Part shown: positions 38,783 to 47,611 of the stretch, one piece after another | Numbering within the stretch: position 1 is the first letter of the stretch | Layout of the letters: each line of letters starts with the position of its first letter | Source of the DNA: an uncultured Actinomycetes bacterium | Lineage (GTDB): Bacteria > Actinomycetota > Thermoleophilia > UBA2241 | Direction: 5' to 3' | Assembly (NCBI GenBank): GCA_963709345.1 | Contig: CAVPVX010000004.1 | Span: 32,001-96,000, forward strand | DNA: 64,000 nucleotides | Notes under the pieces: generated by a model | What the model was told of the DNA's origin: nothing | The model's input: only the letters and a program-made list of their open reading frames with translations | The model's database searches: none | Program-made: the position numbers and the translations under genes

Positions 38783-39907
38783 GTGAAGTATCGCCGCATG
38801 CCGATCGAAGAGGAATCGCCGGAGCAGTTCGGGTACGAGCGCATCCGCTACAACCTCACCGAGAGCTCGGTGCGCGACCGCTCGCTCGCCGATCTCGGCG
38901 TCGGGGTCGGCGACATGCTCCTCTTCTACGGCGACCATGTGGGCAACGAAGCGTTGCGCGAGCTGGTCGCCGAGCAGAGCGGCGGAGCGGGCGGCGGCGT
39001 GAGCCGTGACGACGTGCTCGTCACGGCCGGCGCCGCCCAGGCGCTCTTCATCATCGCGACGGCGCTGCTCGAGAAAGGCGACCACCTGGTCGTGATCCGC
39101 CCCAACTACGCGACCAACATCGAGACGCCCCGCGCGATCGGGGCCGACATCACCTACCTCGACCTGACCTTCGAGGACGGTTATCGCATCGACCCGGAGA
39201 AGCTCCTGGCGCTGATCACGCCGCGCACGAAGTGCGTGAGCGTCACGCTGCCGCACAACCCGACCGGCGTGACGATGAGCGAGGCCGACCTGCGCAGCCT
39301 CGTCGGCGGCGTCGAGCGCGCCGGCTGCCGCCTCCTGGTCGACGAGACGTATCGCGAGATGACCTTCGGAGAGCCGCTTCCCGTGGCCGCCACGCTCAGC
39401 GAGCGCGCGCTCAGCGTCAGCTCGCTGTCCAAGACCTACGGCATCCCCGGCATCCGCACCGGCTGGCTCGTCTGTCGCGACCGCGAGCTCATGACGACCT
39501 TTCTCGCCGCCAAAGAGCAGATCGGCATCTGCGGCAGTGTCGTCGACGAGGAGATCGCAGCCCGCGCCTTCGCCCAACGCGGCGAGTGGCTGCCCGAGAT
39601 CCACGGACTCATCCGCCGCCAGCTGGCGGTCGTGCGCGAGTGGATGGCCGGCGAGGAGCTCATGGAGTGGGTCGAGCCCGCCGGAGGCGTCGTCTGCTTC
39701 CCGCGGATCAAGCCGGAGGCGCCGGTGGACGTGGACGAGTTCTACCGCGTGCTCAACGATGAGTACGGGGCCTACGTCGGCCCCGGGCACTGGTTCGAAC
39801 AGCCGCGCCGCTACATGCGTGTGGGGTACGCGTGGCCGTTGACGGACGAGCTCGAGGGTGGGCTGGCGGCGATCTCCGCTTCCGTCCACGCCGCCATCAG
39901 GGGGTGA
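38783..39907 (+). CDS. class I/II PLP-dependent aminotransferase
   Basis: PHNPTG, DETY, SSLSKTYGIPGIRTGW; GTG after AGGAGG. Confidence 0.9.
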   Translation: MKYRRMPIEEESPEQFGYERIRYNLTESSVRDRSLADLGVGVGDMLLFYGDHVGNEALRELVAEQSGGAGGGVSRDDVLVTAGAAQALFIIATALLEKGDHLVVIRPNYATNIETPRAIGADITYLDLTFEDGYRIDPEKLLALITPRTKCVSVTLPHNPTGVTMSEADLRSLVGGVERAGCRLLVDETYREMTFGEPLPVAATLSERALSVSSLSKTYGIPGIRTGWLVCRDRELMTTFLAAKEQIGICGSVVDEEIAARAFAQRGEWLPEIHGLIRRQLAVVREWMAGEELMEWVEPAGGVVCFPRIKPEAPVDVDEFYRVLNDEYGAYVGPGHWFEQPRRYMRVGYAWPLTDELEGGLAAISASVHAAIRG

Positions 39908-39911
39908 CGTG

Positions 39912-40847
39912 ATGACTTCGAGGCAGGGAGCTCCGGCCGAGTGCGCCGGGGAGCGGAGCGCCATTCGGCACACGTCGGCGCAGCTGCACGGCGGAGAGGG
40001 CGTGCGCCTGCATCTGCAGGCCTGGCTACCCGACGGCGAGCCGGCCGCTGTGCTCGCCGTGATCCACGGGTACGGCGAGCACGGCGGCCGCCACTGCCGG
40101 CTCGGCGAGGCGATGGCGGCTCGCGGCTACGCCGTGTACGCCTGCGACCTGCGCGGTCACGGGCTCTCGTCCGGCGTGCGCGGGCAGGTCCGGCGCTTCG
40201 GCGACTACTTCGACGACGCGACGGTCTACCTCGATGAAGTGCGGCGCCTGCAGCCCGGCCGCTCCGTCTATCTTCTCGGCCACAGCCTCGGCGGGCTCAT
40301 AGCGGCGCTGTACGCCGCAGACCGGCCGCAGGGCCTGGCCGGACTGATCCTCTCGTCGCCGTTCCTTCGGCTCGTCATGGCGCCGCCGACGTCCAAGATC
40401 GTGGGCGCCCGGATCCTCGCCGTCGTGATGCCGGATTGGAACATCGGCAACACGCTCCAGGCGGCCGACCTCTCGCACGAGCCCGATGTCGTCGACGCGT
40501 ACGTCACCGATCCGCTCGTGCACCATGTGGCGCCGTCGCGCTGGGCCGTTCAAGCGCTGGCCGCGCAGAAGGCGGCGCCTGCGGCCGCTGCGCGGCTCTC
40601 GCTGCCGCTCCTGCTGCTCTACGGCGACGCGGACGTCGTGGCCGACCCCGACGCCGCGCGCGAGTTCTTCGCCGTCGCCGGCTCCGCCGACAAGACCGAG
40701 CGGTGCTACGAGGGCTACTATCACGAGCTCTTCAACGAGACCGGCCGCGAGACGGTGTTCACCGACCTCGCGGCGTGGCTCGAAGAGCGCGTGCCTGCGG
40801 CCGCCCGATCCGCCTCACCCGCGGCCGCTTCGACGCCTCCGGCCTGA
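39912..40847 (+). CDS. alpha/beta hydrolase (lysophospholipase/monoacylglycerol lipase-like)
   Basis: HGYGEH, DLRGHG, GHSLGG, YHELFNE. Confidence 0.9.
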   Translation: MTSRQGAPAECAGERSAIRHTSAQLHGGEGVRLHLQAWLPDGEPAAVLAVIHGYGEHGGRHCRLGEAMAARGYAVYACDLRGHGLSSGVRGQVRRFGDYFDDATVYLDEVRRLQPGRSVYLLGHSLGGLIAALYAADRPQGLAGLILSSPFLRLVMAPPTSKIVGARILAVVMPDWNIGNTLQAADLSHEPDVVDAYVTDPLVHHVAPSRWAVQALAAQKAAPAAAARLSLPLLLLYGDADVVADPDAAREFFAVAGSADKTERCYEGYYHELFNETGRETVFTDLAAWLEERVPAAARSASPAAASTPPA

Positions 40848-40887
40848 CGTCTGCGGGGACGCGGCGGCCGGCGCCGGCCGCCGTCCC

Positions 40888-41619
40888 TCACGGATGGGCG
40901 GGCCGCCCCACCGTCGTCATGTACACGACGGGCTCGACGTCGGGGTTGACCTCGAGCAGGGCCGCCGCCTCGACGTCGTAGAAAGCGGCTATCTGGCAGG
41001 ACCCGAGGCCCATGGCCGTCGCCGCGAGGGCGACGTTCTCGGCAATATGCCCCGCGTCGAGGAAGATGTAGCGGGCGAAGCGCTCGCCGTACTTCCAGCG
41101 CGAGCGCTCCAGCGCCGCCGTCCAGACGAACACGGCGCCCGCCTGCGCGGCGATGCTCTGGTCGAGGGCGGCGTGCGCGATAGGCAGGCGCAGGTCGCCC
41201 GGCCGGAGCAGTTCCAGAGCGCGGTCGAGCACGGCGTAGTGGTACAGCCCCGGTTCGAGCCCGTCGATGGCGTGGGCCACGACGTAGTGCTCGATGGGAA
41301 ACAGGCCGCCGGCCGACGGCGCGGTGCGGAAGGCGAAGCCCACCTCCCGCGCCGTGACTCCGGCGGCCGCCCAGAGCAGCGCGCCCAGTTCGCCGAGCGC
41401 GAGCGGCGGCTCCGCGTACTCTCGCAGGCTCCGCCGTCGCGCCAGCGCGTCGAACAGGCCGCCGTCGCTCAGCTCGGTCTCGGGCAGCACGACCCGAGGC
41501 GCCCCGGGATAGGTCTTGAACCAGTCCGGCTGCCGCGACCAGTCCATGCGCCCGCCCACCAGGTGATCGCGGCTGTGGCGCGTCTCGCGCAGGTAGCGCA
41601 GCCCGGCGCCGTCGTCCAT
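40888..41619 (-). CDS. SagB/ThcOx family nitroreductase-like dehydrogenase
   Basis: RRRSLREY, RTAPSAGGLFP, KYGER..RY..LDAGH..EN. Confidence 0.88.
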   Translation of the reverse strand: MDDGAGLRYLRETRHSRDHLVGGRMDWSRQPDWFKTYPGAPRVVLPETELSDGGLFDALARRRSLREYAEPPLALGELGALLWAAAGVTAREVGFAFRTAPSAGGLFPIEHYVVAHAIDGLEPGLYHYAVLDRALELLRPGDLRLPIAHAALDQSIAAQAGAVFVWTAALERSRWKYGERFARYIFLDAGHIAENVALAATAMGLGSCQIAAFYDVEAAALLEVNPDVEPVVYMTTVGRPAHP

Positions 41620-41734
41620 GGGGAACCTCCGCTTCTCGCCTGCGGCGGGCCGGGCGCCCGTGAAGTCGCGGCCGGCCGCGCCGCCCATGGTGGTGTGGTG
41701 CCCCGTACCGGCGCACCCCACACCCGGGGCGGCG

Positions 41735-42805
41735 TCAGTCGAGCAACCGGCTGAAGTTGCCGGTGCCCCAGGGTGAGGCGCCCACGGCCGCGGCGACCGC
41801 CGACGCGTCGTTGCCGCGGCGCAGGGCGGCGATGATGCCGTCGTAGAAGCCGTTCTTCATCGTGATCACGGTCGCCTCCAGCCCCTGCTTCCAGCTCGTG
41901 TACGCCTTGACTCCGACCGAGTTGAAGATGCTCGCTCCAGGCATCGACTGCGTCGTGTTCAGCGGGTTGTAGTAGGCGGTGTTGTACCAGTGGCCGCCCT
42001 CGGCCATCTCCCAGGCGGTGACGGCGGCGAGGTTGTCGGCGGTCACCGGCAGTCGCATCGCCACGAGCAGCGCCTTCGCCCAGGTGAGCTGGTTGAACTC
42101 ACCGTTCTTGGCCATCGCCAGCGCCGCGCCGAGGCCGCCGCTGGCGAGGATCTTCTTGATGCGCTTGGTCACGTCCTGGAGGATCGCCTGGCGCTCGACG
42201 AGCTTCTGGTCGAGCTCGATCTTCTGGTTCTGGACCTCCTGCTGGGCGACCACCGCCTCTTCGCGCTCGTCCTCCACCCGGCGCGCGAGGCGGCGCGCCT
42301 CGCGCGCCAGGCGCTGGGCCTCGTTCTCGGTGCGGCGGTCCTCCTCCGCTATGGCGCGCAGCAGCGCCTGCAGCGTGTCGATGTCGGCGAGGGAATCCAT
42401 GCTCGAAAGCAGGTCGAGCCAGTTCAGCTCACCGGTCTTGTACATGGTGGCGGCGCGCCGTGCGAGGATCAGACGCTGCTGCTCGAGGTCCGCTTCGGCG
42501 CGGGCGAGATCACGACGCGAGCGCTGCAGCCGGACGTTGACGGCATCCAGTTCCTGCTGCGCCTCTATGAGGCGCCGGCCGACCTGCTGGAGGTCCTGCT
42601 GCAGGCCGGACATCTCGGCGCGTACGCGCTTTGCCTCGCGCTGCAGCTGGGGAAGCGACGGGGCGGCCGCCGCCTGCGGGGCGGCCACGGCGGCCAGCAG
42701 CGCCAGCGTGAGCGCCAGGATGGCCGCGGCGACCGCGGCCGCGCGGCGGGGTGTAGGTCTCACCGGCAGATGGCGTGTGGGGGTGATGGGGCTGTCTCCG
42801 GCCAT
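41735..42805 (-). CDS. secreted coiled-coil (PcsB/CwlO-like) protein with putative peptidoglycan-hydrolase C-terminal domain
   Basis: Signal peptide, long coiled coil with RAATMYKTG, C-terminal AWEMAEGG..NPLNTT..GVKAY. Confidence 0.72.
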   Translation of the reverse strand: MAGDSPITPTRHLPVRPTPRRAAAVAAAILALTLALLAAVAAPQAAAAPSLPQLQREAKRVRAEMSGLQQDLQQVGRRLIEAQQELDAVNVRLQRSRRDLARAEADLEQQRLILARRAATMYKTGELNWLDLLSSMDSLADIDTLQALLRAIAEEDRRTENEAQRLAREARRLARRVEDEREEAVVAQQEVQNQKIELDQKLVERQAILQDVTKRIKKILASGGLGAALAMAKNGEFNQLTWAKALLVAMRLPVTADNLAAVTAWEMAEGGHWYNTAYYNPLNTTQSMPGASIFNSVGVKAYTSWKQGLEATVITMKNGFYDGIIAALRRGNDASAVAAAVGASPWGTGNFSRLLD

Positions 42806-42834
42806 GTCGCTTCTCGCGTGTCTTCTGCTACGGG

Positions 42835-42861
42835 GTATCGGCGCGGACCGGCGCTTCTTGA
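42835..42861 (-). promoter_or_regulatory. sigma28-type promoter
   Basis: TCAAG-N14-GCCGATAC, 29 nt upstream of ATG 42805. Confidence 0.78.
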
Positions 42862-42989
42862 CGACTCGACGAGCCGGCGCGGCGCCCCGGCGTGTGGCAT
42901 GCAGCTTCGCGCTGCGGGCACGAAACCCTGTCGCGAGGGTAGCGATGGGCTGCCCGCGGCGCCACCGCGCCGCGCGGTGGCGCCGCGGC

Positions 42990-44408
42990 TCAGAGCGAGG
43001 CCGCCTCCTGCAACGCCGCCCAGAGCCCGGCGATGTGCTCGCGCTCCGTGGCCTCGGCGCCGACTGAGACACGGAGGAGCTGCATGCCCTTGACGATCGA
43101 CGGTGTGAGGTAGTAGCCGCCGTCGTCGCTGATCCGCGTGGCGATCGCGCGGTTGTGAGCCGCGAGCGCCGGCTCGTTGCCGGCCAGCGTCGCCGGCTCG
43201 TGTCGCAGGCAGACCGTCTGGAGCGGCGCCGGCGCGAGCCGCTCCCACTCCGAAGCGGCGTCGACCCGGTCCACGAGCCAGCGCGTGTTGTCGAGGTCGC
43301 GGCGGATGCGCTCGCGAATGCCCTCGACGCCCTGCTCGCGGATCAGGAACCAGAGCTTCAAGGCCCGGAACCGGCGTCCCAGGGGGATCCCCCAGTCGCG
43401 GAGGTTGCGTACGCGGCCGTCCTGGGCCGTGCGCAGGTAGCTCGGGTCGGTGCTCATCACGCGCACCAGGTGCTCCGGGTCGCGCACGAAGTAGGCGGAG
43501 AGGTCGAAGCCGGTGCCCAGCCACTTGTGGGGATTGAAGACCACGGAGTCGGCCTGCCCGACACCTTCCCACATCCACCGGCACTCTTCGCAGACCATGG
43601 CGGTACCGGCGAGGGCGGCGTCGACGTGCAGCCACAGCCCGTGTCGCGCGCAGAGTGAGGCGATACCGGCCACCGGATCCAGCGCCGTGGTGGCCGTCGT
43701 GCCCACGGCCGCGACCACAGCGCACGGCCGGCGACCGGCGACGAGGTCGTCGCGGACGGCGGCCTCCAGCAGGTCGAGCCGGAGGGCGTGCTCGTCGTCT
43801 GTCTCGATGAGGCGTAGGTGGTCGGCGCCGAAGCCGGCCAGGAGCGCCGCCTTGGGTACCGAGCTGTGCGCCTGGTCGCTCGCGTAGACGACGAGCGGGG
43901 CGTCTTCGGCTTGCAGGCCGCCGCGGTTCTGGCAGAAGCCGGTCGCGCGCTCGCGGGCGCAGAGCAGGGCGCAGAAGGTCGCCGTGCTCGCGCTGTCGTG
44001 GATCACGCCGGTGAAGGTCGCGGGCAGCCCGACCATCTCACGGAGCCACTCCATCACGACGTCCTCCACCTCGGTGCAGGCGGGGCTCGTCTGCCAGCTC
44101 ATGCCTTGGGAGCCGAGCCCGGAGGAGACGAGGTCGGCCAGCACCGACGAAAGGTCGGTGTTGCTGGGGAAGTAGGCGAACCAGCCGGGGTGGTTCCAGT
44201 GCGTGATGCCGGGCATGACGACGCGCTCGAGGTCGGCGACGATGTCGCCGAGACCCTCGCCGTGCAGCGGCGGCTCGGCGGGCAGCTGCGCCGCCACCTC
44301 GCCCGGCTGCACCCGGCTCATGACCGGGTATTCGCCGATGTGCTCGCGGTAGTCGGCGACCCAGTCGATGAGCTCGTGGCCGACCCTGCGGAACTCGTCG
44401 GGGTCCAT
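42990..44408 (-). CDS. aromatic-L-amino-acid decarboxylase family protein
   Basis: PGITHWNHP, SPACTEVE, HVDAA, NPHKWL, LGRRFRALKLW. Confidence 0.92.
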   Translation of the reverse strand: MDPDEFRRVGHELIDWVADYREHIGEYPVMSRVQPGEVAAQLPAEPPLHGEGLGDIVADLERVVMPGITHWNHPGWFAYFPSNTDLSSVLADLVSSGLGSQGMSWQTSPACTEVEDVVMEWLREMVGLPATFTGVIHDSASTATFCALLCARERATGFCQNRGGLQAEDAPLVVYASDQAHSSVPKAALLAGFGADHLRLIETDDEHALRLDLLEAAVRDDLVAGRRPCAVVAAVGTTATTALDPVAGIASLCARHGLWLHVDAALAGTAMVCEECRWMWEGVGQADSVVFNPHKWLGTGFDLSAYFVRDPEHLVRVMSTDPSYLRTAQDGRVRNLRDWGIPLGRRFRALKLWFLIREQGVEGIRERIRRDLDNTRWLVDRVDAASEWERLAPAPLQTVCLRHEPATLAGNEPALAAHNRAIATRISDDGGYYLTPSIVKGMQLLRVSVGAEATEREHIAGLWAALQEAASL

Positions 44409-44581
44409 GAGCGCTCCCTGCGTGTCGGTGATTGCGTGCCGGTGGCACGGTCGGACGGTATGGCCGCCGTGGCTGGCAGACGTGCCACGTCACCTCCACG
44501 GTTGCTCCCGATTGTACAGAACGATGTCGATCCGATGGGGCGGACGACAGGCTTTTGGCTCAGCTGGGCGAAAACGTGCGC

Positions 44582-44959
44582 ATGACGCCGTGCATACTCG
44601 TGATAGAGGACGACCCGGACTTGCGGAGCCTGATCCGACACACGCTTGCGGGCGACGATCGCGACGTGCAACTGGCCGCCGACGGCCAGGATGGGCTCGA
44701 GCTGTATCGGGAGCTCCGCCCCGACCTCGTCCTCCTGGACGTGATGATGCCACGTCTGAGCGGGTTCGAGGTGCTCCAGGAGCTGCGCGCGGGTGGCGAA
44801 CTGCGTCCCGAGTGCCCGATCCTCATCCTGACTGCGAGAACGGCGGAGAAGGACGTGGTCGCCGCCTTCGACCTCGGCGCCTCCGACTATCTGGCCAAGC
44901 CGTTCATGATTGCCGAGCTGCGGGCTCGGGTACGCGCGCTGCTGCGGCGCCCGCGGTGA
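44582..44959 (+). CDS. single-domain response regulator
   Basis: IEDD, LLDVMMP, LTA, DYLAKPF. Confidence 0.9.
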   Translation: MTPCILVIEDDPDLRSLIRHTLAGDDRDVQLAADGQDGLELYRELRPDLVLLDVMMPRLSGFEVLQELRAGGELRPECPILILTARTAEKDVVAAFDLGASDYLAKPFMIAELRARVRALLRRPR

Positions 44960-46373
44960 CCGCCGGCCGCTCTGCCGCGGCCTCGAATCCTTTGCGCGTC
45001 ATCTCGCCCCAGCCGCGCTTCCTGCGCAGGAAGTCCACGGTGGCCTCTGCGCGCCAGACGGCCTGCAACTGCCTGTAGCCGAAGTTCTCGACGATCGTGA
45101 AGAGGAGCAGGCGCGGCAGTCCCCGGCGCGACCTGTGGCGCGCGTTGCGCGTCTCGTCGAGCAGGACGGAGGCGATCGAAAGCATCACCCCGTACCCCAC
45201 GGCCAGCAGGAAGAACAGGCCGATGTACGCCCAGCTTGCCTGTCCGAATGCGATCGAGAGGAGCAGGGCGCCCCAGCCTGCGACTTCGAGCAGAGGCCCC
45301 ACGGCCTCGAACACGAGGTTGTAGGTGATCCCGAGTGTGCCGACGGATCCATACCTCGGGTTGGCGATCATGCGGCGGTTCAGGGTGAGGCACTCCAGCA
45401 GGCCACGATGCCAGCGGTTGCGCTGGCGGTGCAGGCCGCGGAGCGTCTCGGGCGCCTCGGTCCAGACCACCGGGTCGGGGATGAACACGATACGGTACCG
45501 CTCGTGCCGGTCGCGACAGAGGCGATGCAGGCGCAGGACGAGGTCCATGTCCTCGCCGACCGTGTCCGTCCGGTAGCCGCCCGCGTCGATGACGCTCTGC
45601 TTCTTGAACACGCCGAAGGCGCCGGAGATCACGAACAGCGCACGGATCCGGCTCCACGCCGTGCGGCTGCTCACGAAGGCGCGCAGGTACTCGACGACCT
45701 GGAGGAGGGCGATCCGGCTGCGTGGGTTGCCGATGTGGACGACGCGGCCGTCCTGTACCTGGCAGCCGTTGGCGATACGCACGATACCGCTCGAGGCGAC
45801 GGTCTCCTGGGGGCGCTCCATGAAGGGCTTGACGACGCGCAGCAAGGCGTCCGGCTCAAGGATGGCGTCGGCGTCGATCGCGCAGAACAGGGGGTAGCGG
45901 CTCACGTCGATGCCGGCATTGAGCGCGTCGGCTTTGCCGCCGTTGCGCTTGGCGACGACGGTCAGATTGGCGACCTTGCGCGACGCGTACACCGCGAGGA
46001 TCTCCGCGCACGGGAGGGTGAGCCGCACCGGGCGGTCGATGCGCTCGAGGGAGAACGCCTGCGTGAGCCGCTCCAGCGTCGCGTCCGTCGATCCGTCGTC
46101 CACGACGACGATCTCGAACTCGCCGTATTCGAGCAGACGAAGAGCGTTGACCGCCTCGGCGATGGTGCTCTCCTCGTTGTACGCCGGCATCAGCACGGAG
46201 ACGGGGAGCGTCAGCGGCGACCGGAGCACGACGTCGAAGCCGCCCAGGTCCAGCCTCCGGTGGTGGCGGCCGGACTCGTGGTAGGAGATCGCGAGGAGCG
46301 CCGTGTAGACGGCGTTGATCGCCAGGAAGTAGGCAAGCACGATGGAGTTGAAGATGTTGAGCGCGAGGTCCAT
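44904..46373 (-). CDS. membrane GT2 glycosyltransferase (processive synthase-like)
   Basis: PAYNE, DDGSTD, NGGKADALN, DAD, GEDM, QRNRW; TM helices at both ends. Confidence 0.9.
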   Translation of the reverse strand: MDLALNIFNSIVLAYFLAINAVYTALLAISYHESGRHHRRLDLGGFDVVLRSPLTLPVSVLMPAYNEESTIAEAVNALRLLEYGEFEIVVVDDGSTDATLERLTQAFSLERIDRPVRLTLPCAEILAVYASRKVANLTVVAKRNGGKADALNAGIDVSRYPLFCAIDADAILEPDALLRVVKPFMERPQETVASSGIVRIANGCQVQDGRVVHIGNPRSRIALLQVVEYLRAFVSSRTAWSRIRALFVISGAFGVFKKQSVIDAGGYRTDTVGEDMDLVLRLHRLCRDRHERYRIVFIPDPVVWTEAPETLRGLHRQRNRWHRGLLECLTLNRRMIANPRYGSVGTLGITYNLVFEAVGPLLEVAGWGALLLSIAFGQASWAYIGLFFLLAVGYGVMLSIASVLLDETRNARHRSRRGLPRLLLFTIVENFGYRQLQAVWRAEATVDFLRRKRGWGEMTRKGFEAAAERPAVTAGAAAARVPEPAARQS

Positions 46374-47474
46374 TCAGTCGCTCGCGGGGAGAGGTCGTTC
46401 AAACGAGGGTGCGGCCGGCGCCGGCGAGGCGCCGGGAGCCATCGCGAATGCCTCGACGGCGGCGCGGGCCGCGTCGCATACGTAGCGGTCGGCGTTCTTC
46501 TGGAGCGCGGCCAGCTCGCGAGCGCCGGCGGGGCCGAGTCTCGCGAGCGCCTCCGCACAGTTGATCCTTACCCACCAGTGGCGGTCGGGCATGGCCTCAG
46601 CGAGGTGCGGGGCGGCCACGGCGGCTCCGAGGGAGCCCAGTGCCTTGGCCGCCTGGGAGCGCACAGGCCACTTCTCGTCCTTGAGCGCCGCGACGAGAGC
46701 GGCTTCGGCGCAGGGGCCGCCCAGCTGCCCCAGCGAGGCCGCGGCACGCGCCCGCAGATTGAGACTCTCGTCGCTGCGCAGTACATCGCAAAGCACCGCG
46801 GTCGCGGTGGGGTCGCGGATCTCCCCGAGGATCTGCACTGCGGCGACGCGCACGTTGTGGTCGTCTCCGCGCACGAAGTCGAGGAGCGGCGGCACGGCCG
46901 CCGCTCCCATCAGCATGAGATTCTCCGCGACCAGAGACAGGGTCCAGCGCGAGGGGTCGCACAGGGCCCTGGCGAGCGCCGGGACCGCGCGCTCGTCGCC
47001 GATCTCGGCCAGACTGCGTGCCGCGACCGTACGGACCTCCTCGCTGCGGTCGTCCAGAGCTTCGACCAGCGCCGGGACCGCACTCGTCACACGCAGCCGG
47101 CCGATCGTCTCTGCCGCGAGCGCACGGTCCCACTCGTTGCGCGCGTGCAGACCTGACACGATCTCGTCCAGAATCCCCTGCGTATCCAGACACGCCAGGA
47201 TGCGTTCTGCCTCGGCGCCGCGGATCAGTGCTGAATAGCGGAGCGCGAGCTCGAGCAGTGCGTGACGGTCGGCTGCCGACAGCGACGGAAGAGGTGCTCC
47301 GTCGAGGAAGCACGCCTCCGCGGGACCGCGCAGGAGTTCCATCCGCTCCGCTCGCCGAGCGGAATCACGCATATCGGTGTGGCGGCGAACCAGGGACAGG
47401 ACGATCAGCCCGGCGCTCACGAGGTAGAGCGCCAGGACGAGATAAGCTAGAAGGAACAGATCCAGTCTGATCAT
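46374..47474 (-). CDS. membrane-anchored HEAT-repeat protein
   Basis: N-terminal TM; repeated L.D....VR..AA..LG units. Confidence 0.85.
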   Translation of the reverse strand: MIRLDLFLLAYLVLALYLVSAGLIVLSLVRRHTDMRDSARRAERMELLRGPAEACFLDGAPLPSLSAADRHALLELALRYSALIRGAEAERILACLDTQGILDEIVSGLHARNEWDRALAAETIGRLRVTSAVPALVEALDDRSEEVRTVAARSLAEIGDERAVPALARALCDPSRWTLSLVAENLMLMGAAAVPPLLDFVRGDDHNVRVAAVQILGEIRDPTATAVLCDVLRSDESLNLRARAAASLGQLGGPCAEAALVAALKDEKWPVRSQAAKALGSLGAAVAAPHLAEAMPDRHWWVRINCAEALARLGPAGARELAALQKNADRYVCDAARAAVEAFAMAPGASPAPAAPSFERPLPASD

Positions 47475-47515
47475 GGTTGCTGCCGGCCGCCGGTTGTCGC
47501 ACTCTCTCGCAAGCT

Positions 47516-47542
47516 GTATCGGCAGTCCGGTCGTGACCCTGA
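47516..47542 (-). promoter_or_regulatory. sigma28-type promoter
   Basis: TCAGG-N14-GCCGATAC, 41 nt upstream of ATG 47474. Confidence 0.7.
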
Positions 47543-47611
47543 GGGACTGGTCGTCGACGGCAGGTCGCGCTCCGGGAGAAGACGGCGCGCGAGAGTACCG
47601 AGGAGGCACCC

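Noticed and set aside
40888-41619. SagB/ThcOx gene as part of a RiPP (TOMM) cluster
   Set aside because: No YcaO, precursor peptide or dedicated transporter nearby; stand-alone homologues are common.
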